Shown one piece after another: positions 7,955 through 13,435 of a stretch of 13,435 nt of DNA. Numbering within the stretch: the first letter of the stretch is position 1; each line of letters opens with the position of its first letter. Position numbers and translations under genes: made by a program. Below the pieces are notes generated by a model. The model was not told the origin of the DNA. It searched no databases and saw only the letters and a list, made by a program, of their open reading frames with translations. The DNA comes from Oligoflexales bacterium (GTDB lineage: Bacteria; Bdellovibrionota_B; Oligoflexia; Oligoflexales; Bog-1112). The stretch spans positions 1-13,435 of the forward strand of contig JBGCDR010000231.1 in assembly GCA_045105515.1 (NCBI GenBank). Direction: 5' to 3'.

Positions 7955-10143
7955 ACATCATACTATTATTTTTTTTCCAGGCTATCATATTTGGTTTAGG
8001 CTCCAATAAGGTAAATGTCGAGGCTTGGAAATTTAAAAATTCGATAGGCGCTGCAGAACGAAAGGTAGGGGATATTTTTCCAGCGGTGGTTGATGAACAT
8101 ACTATAGAACTGAAAAAAAACCGCCTCGAATCACTAATTCGTTCTATTTTTTCCGAAGATTCATTATGTCTTGAGATTGGAGAAAAATGGGAGTTCATCG
8201 AATCTTCTAATACCCTCTTTTTTCCAAGTGAGTTCTTGCAACTACCTGAGGAAGCAGCAATTGCCAGTATAATGGACCATTTCGGCTTGCTAAAATATAG
8301 TCCATTTCCAGAAGGGTTTAGATCAAACCTCGGCTTAAGATTATTGTACGATACTGTAGAACGTCTAAGAATCGGACGCTTTCTATCCTCACAATATATG
8401 GGGTATCATGCACTAGAACGGCAAGCATTCCAATTTGATACTCAAAATTACCTAGTAAACCAAAATCATCTTCCTAGGTACCAGCAATTTTGTTTGGGTT
8501 TATTGGAGCAGCACTTGCAACGGGGGACTTCGCAGATAAATCTGGCTCCAGAAGTAAATGATGCGATCAAGGAAGCTAATCATTATGTGGATCGTATTTT
8601 AAATATGCCTTTATCTTCGGAATCGATATTTGGAGATTTTAAGCCTCATGAAATTGAAACACATGCTCTGGAAAGCCAAAAAATTGTAAATAACGATCTT
8701 TGGCCTATTTTTAAAAAGTTAATTGATCAGGATTTGCAAGATATTCAGATGAACGAAAATCAGGACCTTAAACCTGAAGCAACTGAAGGACCCTCAAATG
8801 GTAATCCTCCTCCAAATAGTTCAGGTAATCCGAGCAATCCAAATGGACAACCTATAAGTGAAAATGATTTGGATGAAACGGAACTCATTGATCCTTCATC
8901 CATACCCTTGTCTGATGAACAAAAAAGGGAAATGGAAGAACTTCTCAATAAAATGGGACGCGTTGAGGTAGTTCCGGATGCAGAGAATGGTGATGCAGGA
9001 ACTCAGTCAGGGCAAACAGATGCCCAGGGAGAAGGAGAAGGCCAGGGAGAAGGAGAACAGGGAGAAGGAGAAGGCCAGGGAGAAGGAGAAGGCCAGGGAG
9101 AAGGAGAAGGCCAGGGAGAAGGAGAAGGCCAGGGAGAAGGAGAAGGCCAGGGAGAAGGAGAAGGCCAGGGAGAAGGAGAAGGCCAGGGAGAAGGAGAAGG
9201 CCAAAACAGTAAAAATGGTAACAATGGTCGGGGTCTTGGCAAAGACACCGGAGGGAAAGCACAATCTCAAAGTCACGGGCAAACTTCTCAGCAAGTAGAG
9301 AATAAAAAAAATAGATATAAAAAAATGGCAGAAAATATTCAGGAAAATGTTCATGACTTGATAGATCGCTTTCGCAATAAAAAGCCAGAAAACGTTCTCA
9401 GTAATAATAGATACGAGGAGAGAAAGAGTAGAATAATACATATTATTAACCGCTTAGAGTACGAGTTGAGGATGATTTTTGAGGATCAGTCGGTATTTGA
9501 TTATCAGTCAGGATATGCTTCAGGAGACTATGATTTACAGCGAGGTATTGCATCAGATCTTCGAGAACAAGCTACTGGATTTCGTGATCCTAAGGTTTTT
9601 AGGCGTAAAAAGATACCTCAGGAAAAAAATGTAGAAATCGTTCTATGTCTTGATAAATCTGGGAGCATGAGCGATAGAGATTTGAGTTATGCAAAAGATG
9701 CAGTCATGGCAGTTGCTGAATCTGCAGAAATGCTTAAAATCCCATGGGCTTTGATTTCCTTTGACTCAGTTGTAAATTTATTAAAGGATCTAGATCCAAA
9801 TGGGGATGACTCCTGGAAAAATAAACTCGTGGATATGCAATCGGGTGGAGGAACTGATGATTTAACAGCTCTGAACACAGCTGTAGATCTATTAGAAGAA
9901 CAAGGTAGCGATTCTAGGAAAATTATTCTGTTTATGACAGATGGGCAAGGAGACTATCAGCAAAATATGAGAGTACGTGAGCTAGGTAAGAATGATGATT
10001 ATATAATTATCGGTATTGGTATGGGCGAGGGAACTGGTTTTGTAAAAAATACCTATGAAGAATCCCTTGTTATAAGGGATCTTAGTGATTTACCCCGTTC
10101 CTTAAGCTCTCTATTGGTTGAAGTCATCGCAGAGCAAGATTAA
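7951..10143 (+). CDS. VWA (MIDAS) domain protein, CobT/NorD-like partner of the AAA+ ATPase (730 aa)
   Basis: MIDAS DKSGS (9652-9666), GGGTDD and FMTDG are all present, with a long acidic Gly/Glu/Gln linker. Start set at 7951 rather than 7945 because AGGAG (7938-7942) is 8 nt upstream and the ATG overlaps the upstream stop as ATGA. Confidence 0.9.
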   Translation: MNIILLFFFQAIIFGLGSNKVNVEAWKFKNSIGAAERKVGDIFPAVVDEHTIELKKNRLESLIRSIFSEDSLCLEIGEKWEFIESSNTLFFPSEFLQLPEEAAIASIMDHFGLLKYSPFPEGFRSNLGLRLLYDTVERLRIGRFLSSQYMGYHALERQAFQFDTQNYLVNQNHLPRYQQFCLGLLEQHLQRGTSQINLAPEVNDAIKEANHYVDRILNMPLSSESIFGDFKPHEIETHALESQKIVNNDLWPIFKKLIDQDLQDIQMNENQDLKPEATEGPSNGNPPPNSSGNPSNPNGQPISENDLDETELIDPSSIPLSDEQKREMEELLNKMGRVEVVPDAENGDAGTQSGQTDAQGEGEGQGEGEQGEGEGQGEGEGQGEGEGQGEGEGQGEGEGQGEGEGQGEGEGQGEGEGQNSKNGNNGRGLGKDTGGKAQSQSHGQTSQQVENKKNRYKKMAENIQENVHDLIDRFRNKKPENVLSNNRYEERKSRIIHIINRLEYELRMIFEDQSVFDYQSGYASGDYDLQRGIASDLREQATGFRDPKVFRRKKIPQEKNVEIVLCLDKSGSMSDRDLSYAKDAVMAVAESAEMLKIPWALISFDSVVNLLKDLDPNGDDSWKNKLVDMQSGGGTDDLTALNTAVDLLEEQGSDSRKIILFMTDGQGDYQQNMRVRELGKNDDYIIIGIGMGEGTGFVKNTYEESLVIRDLSDLPRSLSSLLVEVIAEQD
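9025..9201 (+). repeat. Intragenic 18-bp tandem repeat (CAGGGAGAAGGAGAAGGC), 9 identical copies plus one 15-bp copy, encoding QGEGEG
   Basis: Units start at 9025, 9043 (15 bp, lacks GGC), 9058, 9076, 9094, 9112, 9130, 9148, 9166 and 9184. Confidence 0.97.
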
Positions 10144-10236
10144 TACATAGGCGTAAATTTATCCAAAATAGCAGAGAATCTTGTCAAAAATGATAAGTTT
10201 ATGCTTGTCTAAAAAAAATAGTTTTGGAGAGATAAT

Positions 10237-11412
10237 TTGATAAAATCAATTTCTCATTATCTTATTTATTTGCTTGTTGTTTTTGTTGTTATTAAAGGAA
10301 CTACCTCTAATTTTGCTTTCGGACAGCGAGAATTCAAGAAGAGAATCGTTTTTTTTCCTCAGGTACATTATATTCAAGAACTTGAAACCATGGAGCCTAA
10401 AAAAAAAGAAACAATTAGCCTTCAAATACTTAAGTCCCAATTTTATATTTATCACCAGCTTCTCGCAAAGCTCGAAGAGAACCCAGATTTAGCTGTCTTT
10501 AATGAAAGCTTTTATTTTTCTAAGCTTGAACTGTATCGAATATTAAGCAAGAAAGAAAATAAGTTAAGACGCAAATATAGAATTCCTGCTGTTCGGCACG
10601 AAGAATTTAGCTTAATGCCTAATTCTATTGAGAAGGAACTTGCTTCGCAAATACCAGAAAAAGATTTTTATCATCTTGATTGGCAAGCAAATCGTCTGCT
10701 GCATGAGGGCCTAGTTCGTATTAGCATTCCCAAATCATATAAATCCCAATTACCAAAAGTTTTACCAAAGTCGTTAGAGGAACTTAGTCAGATACAAAAA
10801 AAAGTCCTTATCAAATATGGTGCTGGTGATCTTCTAGTTTTACAAGGACATATTAAAAATGCGAAGGCCACATCGGAAACGGGAAAAAGATCAGGTTACC
10901 ATTTTTTGCGTAAGATAGAGAATTATAAAAGCCTGACAATGGATAAGCGCAAATATTCAAGGAAAAATATTCTTAGTATGTGTCCTGATTTAGTGCGTGC
11001 TGAACCAGATTTTGCAAAAGATTTGCAAAGTTTTTTACTTAATCATCCTCATAGTCAAGGGGGATTTTTGGCCATATTTGACCCCTTGAAGTTTTGGTTA
11101 GAGGAAACAAATAAAAATAAGGTAGATCAAGAATGCATTCATTGCGCGAGTATTAACGCAGAATGTCAAGAAATTGAGGATCAACTATTAAACTTGATGC
11201 ACATCTATCATGTTTATTTGACTAGAGAACAAGAAGTAGTTTTTCTCATAAATGATTTTTTATCGCGACAGGAAGATAATATTGAAAATGATGAAGTAGT
11301 CTTAATCTATGGAGCAGCCCATGAATTTGCTGAATATTTTAATGGAGAAGTCCTTGAGTTTGTAAGCTTGCCAGATAGTTATTCTCATTTTTTTGATGAG
11401 TCGGAACCTTAA
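10237..11412 (+). CDS. Exported protein, possible TraB/Tiki/ChaN/EreA-like superfamily hydrolase (391 aa)
   Basis: TTG start with GGAG about 7 nt upstream and a signal-peptide-like N-terminus (…NFAFG). Ordered motifs FFPQVH, VFNES, TREQEV and VLIYGAAH resemble the H…E…R…GxxH pattern of that superfamily. The CDS is well supported and the family call is tentative. Confidence 0.65.
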   Translation: MIKSISHYLIYLLVVFVVIKGTTSNFAFGQREFKKRIVFFPQVHYIQELETMEPKKKETISLQILKSQFYIYHQLLAKLEENPDLAVFNESFYFSKLELYRILSKKENKLRRKYRIPAVRHEEFSLMPNSIEKELASQIPEKDFYHLDWQANRLLHEGLVRISIPKSYKSQLPKVLPKSLEELSQIQKKVLIKYGAGDLLVLQGHIKNAKATSETGKRSGYHFLRKIENYKSLTMDKRKYSRKNILSMCPDLVRAEPDFAKDLQSFLLNHPHSQGGFLAIFDPLKFWLEETNKNKVDQECIHCASINAECQEIEDQLLNLMHIYHVYLTREQEVVFLINDFLSRQEDNIENDEVVLIYGAAHEFAEYFNGEVLEFVSLPDSYSHFFDESEP

Positions 11413-11433
11413 TAAGATCTCCTTTGCCCCAAG

Positions 11434-11523
11434 CTTCGTTCAAGATCTGGTGGATTCGAGCTAGATGACATTAGCCACCTTCGTTGAAAATCTGATGGTT
11501 CTATCAAGATGGCATTTCCCCAC
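11434..11523. repeat. Degenerate 45-bp intergenic tandem repeat (2 copies plus a partial copy at 11414-11433) with internal hairpins
   Basis: CTTCGTTCAAGATCTGGTGGATTCGAGCTAGATGACATT (from 11434) aligns with CTTCGTTGAAAATCTGATGG-TTCTATCAAGATGGCATT (from 11479) at 31 of 39 positions. It lies between convergent genes. Confidence 0.7.
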
Positions 11524-11562
11524 CATTTATTAGGTTTTGCTAGGATGTGGTATTGATCAATT

Positions 11563-13302
11563 TCAAGGTACGGATACTGTACAGCGAAAACCGAGGTCAG
11601 CGTTTGTAGCTGTAATATTACGACTTAAACGAGCTGTGAAAACTCCAACCCTGTCTCCGTCATCGAATGCATTTCCTCGGGTTAATGCTCCGCCGCTACC
11701 ATCACTTCCGGGATAATACTTACCAATAGACTCTGTTGCATTCCAGGTGTCGTCCCAAAAAGATTTGAGAGCATTCGTGGGAATGAGGTCAGAAAGTGGC
11801 ATAGTGCTTGTTCCTACAACTGGTTGAGTATATTGATACCAAGTACTAGCAACAGCTGGAGTAGGTTTTTCTTCGTCATTGAAATAGCTAGTCCATTCCC
11901 ATGCATTTCCAGCTAAATCCCATATCACTTCTCCATTTGAGAGGGTATGAGTTCTTCTTTGATTAAAGGTTCCTGATGAAGATCCTGTACAAGTTGTTTC
12001 TACATAAGCGTTTGCATCGCTAGCATCTGCAGCGCACATATTGGAAGGGTTGTCGTCAGAATGCCCGCGTGCAAGCTCCGCATCTCCCACGGTACCGTTA
12101 CTCCAGTTTGAGGCAACATTCGCTAAGTTAGCTCCAATTGTCATATATTCATCATTGCTTATTAGACGGTAACCTTTTCCGAGGGATGCACATTCTGTCC
12201 TAGCATCTGTCTGAGTGATACTTACCCAAGGAGTACCTGCAGCCTCAGATACTGGGCTACCAGAACTGTCCTTAGCTTCGTACTTCATCACACAAAAATC
12301 GTTGGTGCCGTAATCTGAATCACCTGGTACTAAGATCCAAGTGCCTCCTACACCGATGGATGCACAGTCCAGAGCTGCTCCTAAAGTTCCTGTCACCCCA
12401 AAAACTACGGTACTATCAACAATATTTGCTTCAATGATATCTGCATCACCTGTTACCGTGTAACGGGTTCCCGTTTCATCCCAAAATTCAAAGGTGAAAG
12501 ATGATTTAATCCGGGCAGAAAAAAGAGCATTTGTAATATCAATTGCGCCACCAGCATCTTTTGCAGAAAGATCCATGTATCTATAAGTTGATGTGGTCGT
12601 GCAATCGTCTTGGCCAGCCGCATTACAATCTGCATGCAGCTCAACTGCGCTTCCTGCGACCCCGGCAACGGTATTACCCGTAACCACTTTTGGACCTAGG
12701 CCCGTGGTCAGGGCCGCGGTATAAGTCGCGGTGGCAATACAGGCAGTGGCTCCATCGCTGCTACAGTTGGCTCGTGCTTCCTCGGTGGCGGAGCCAGCGA
12801 CTCCGGCAACGGTATTGGTGGTGATGACCTTGGCAGCAAGGCCAGTGGTCAGGGCCGCAGCGTAAGTTGCGGTGGCGGCACAGTCGGTGGCCCCATCGCT
12901 GCCACAGTCGGCTTTTTGTTCCACGGCGCTTCCTGCGACCCCGGCAACGGTATTACCCGAAACCACTTTGGGGCCTAGGCCGGTTACTAATCCTGCAGTA
13001 TAAGTTGCTGTAGCAATACAGGCGGTTTCCCCATCGCTGCTACAGTTAGCCCGCGCTTCTTCGGTAGCCGAACCGGCAACGCCAGCGACGGTGTTAGTGG
13101 TGATTACCTTAGCAGCGAGGCCTGTGGTCAAGGCTGCAGCGTAAGTTGCGGTGGCAGCGCAATCGGTGGCCCCATCACTGCCGCAGTCGGCTTTTTGTTC
13201 GACAGCACTTCCAGCTACTCCAGCAACAGTGTTGCCACTCACAATTTTAGGACCTAGGCCAGTAACGAGTGCAGCAGTATAAGTGGCAGTAGCAATTAGC
13301 TC
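11563..13302 (-). CDS. Repeat-containing surface/adhesin-like protein with C-terminal FGE-sulfatase/C-type-lectin-fold domain, apparently 5'-truncated (possible pseudogene or assembly break)
   Basis: C-terminal domain (about 11566-12345) has FCVMKYEA, PWVSITQTDARTEC, YRLISNDEY, IWDLAGNAWEW and RG…GFRC. The frame is open beyond the called GTG (13242) to 13302 with repeat sequence (IATATYTAALVTGLGPKIV), bounded by TAG at 13303-13305. There is no ATG or signal peptide. Confidence 0.75.
   Translation of the reverse strand, partial: ELIATATYTAALVTGLGPKIVSGNTVAGVAGSAVEQKADCGSDGATDCAATATYAAALTTGLAAKVITTNTVAGVAGSATEEARANCSSDGETACIATATYTAGLVTGLGPKVVSGNTVAGVAGSAVEQKADCGSDGATDCAATATYAAALTTGLAAKVITTNTVAGVAGSATEEARANCSSDGATACIATATYTAALTTGLGPKVVTGNTVAGVAGSAVELHADCNAAGQDDCTTTSTYRYMDLSAKDAGGAIDITNALFSARIKSSFTFEFWDETGTRYTVTGDADIIEANIVDSTVVFGVTGTLGAALDCASIGVGGTWILVPGDSDYGTNDFCVMKYEAKDSSGSPVSEAAGTPWVSITQTDARTECASLGKGYRLISNDEYMTIGANLANVASNWSNGTVGDAELARGHSDDNPSNMCAADASDANAYVETTCTGSSSGTFNQRRTHTLSNGEVIWDLAGNAWEWTSYFNDEEKPTPAVASTWYQYTQPVVGTSTMPLSDLIPTNALKSFWDDTWNATESIGKYYPGSDGSGGALTRGNAFDDGDRVGVFTARLSRNITATNADLGFRCTVSVP
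12601..13296 (-). repeat. Five alternating 46/47-aa coding repeats (A-B-A-B-A'; 279-bp higher-order period), each with a C-x7-C pair
   Basis: A1 13296-13159, B1 13158-13018, A2 13017-12880, B2 12879-12739, A3 12738-12601. Consensus xATATYxAALxTGLxxKVxxxNTVAGVAGSAxE…CxSDGxTxC. Confidence 0.93.
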
Positions 13303-13435
13303 CTACTGAAATCTTGGGTAACTTATTGAGTTGAAAGACAAAACAAACCCCTGTATTTCCCATCCACTTATAATTCCAAGAAATACCTAACCGCGTATCT
13401 AAAATCTCAATAGTCCAAAAAATATTTTCCATTAA

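Noticed and set aside
3696..8948. Short antisense ORFs (3696-3971, 3994-4296, 7507-7725, 7860-8198, 8760-8948)
   Set aside because: They overlap long, motif-bearing genes on the opposite strand and have no recognisable features. The same applies to 1119-1304, 9687-9878, 10246-10455, and the off-frame same-strand ORFs 10274-10492 and 12453-12668.
9025..9201. Possible CRISPR array
   Set aside because: The units are contiguous with no unique spacers, lie in frame within a CDS, and have no cas genes nearby.
8945..9441. Four alternative-frame ORFs (LLLLPG, REKEKA, WPSPSP and FSFSLA repeats)
   Set aside because: They are shadows of the stop-free 18-bp tandem repeat inside the VWA gene.
3746..10143. 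Annotation as cobaltochelatase cobS/cobT, or as McrB/dynein
   Set aside because: The ATPase is about four times the size of CobS, with two modules and extra domains, and there are no cobalamin genes or McrC nearby. Only family-level similarity is supportable, so no gene symbols are given.
7969..10407. Homopolymer runs (T8 at 7969, A8 at 8113, T8 at 10349, A9 at 10399) as phase-variation switches
   Set aside because: A/T runs of 8-9 are expected in DNA this AT-rich, and all the frames are intact.
11414..11523. Possible degenerate CRISPR array or DGR template repeat
   Set aside because: Similarity spans the whole 45-bp unit with no spacer, and it does not resemble the CLec 3' end.
13247..13432. 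61-aa ORF as the frameshifted N-terminus of the repeat-CLec gene
   Set aside because: It has no signal peptide or repeat similarity and no slippery sequence at the junction. Its Cys-rich end is the repeat read out of frame. Not fully excluded.

Overview
AT-rich (roughly one-third G+C) bacterial window with seven plausible protein-coding genes and no rRNA, tRNA, CRISPR or transposase that I can recognise. The gene content (orphan exported proteins, a Cys-paired Ala/Thr/Gly repeat protein ending in a CLec/FGE-type domain) suggests a predatory Bdellovibrionota/Oligoflexia-like organism, but that is inference only. The centrepiece is a translationally coupled pair. The first gene (3746-7954) is a 1402-aa protein with a hydrophobic N-terminus, an F5/8-type-C (discoidin)-like module and two tandem midasin/MoxR-type AAA+ modules, the first carrying a Rho_N-like helical insertion. 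The second (7951-10143) is a CobT/NorD-like partner with a hydrophobic N-terminus, a degenerate HExxH-like domain, an acidic linker containing a near-perfect 18-bp GEGEGQ tandem array and an intact MIDAS VWA domain. Together they resemble a split, miniaturised and possibly exported midasin. They are followed by a secreted TraB/Tiki/ChaN/EreA-like protein, a 45-bp intergenic hairpin repeat and a convergent, GC-rich, 5'-truncated repeat-CLec gene.
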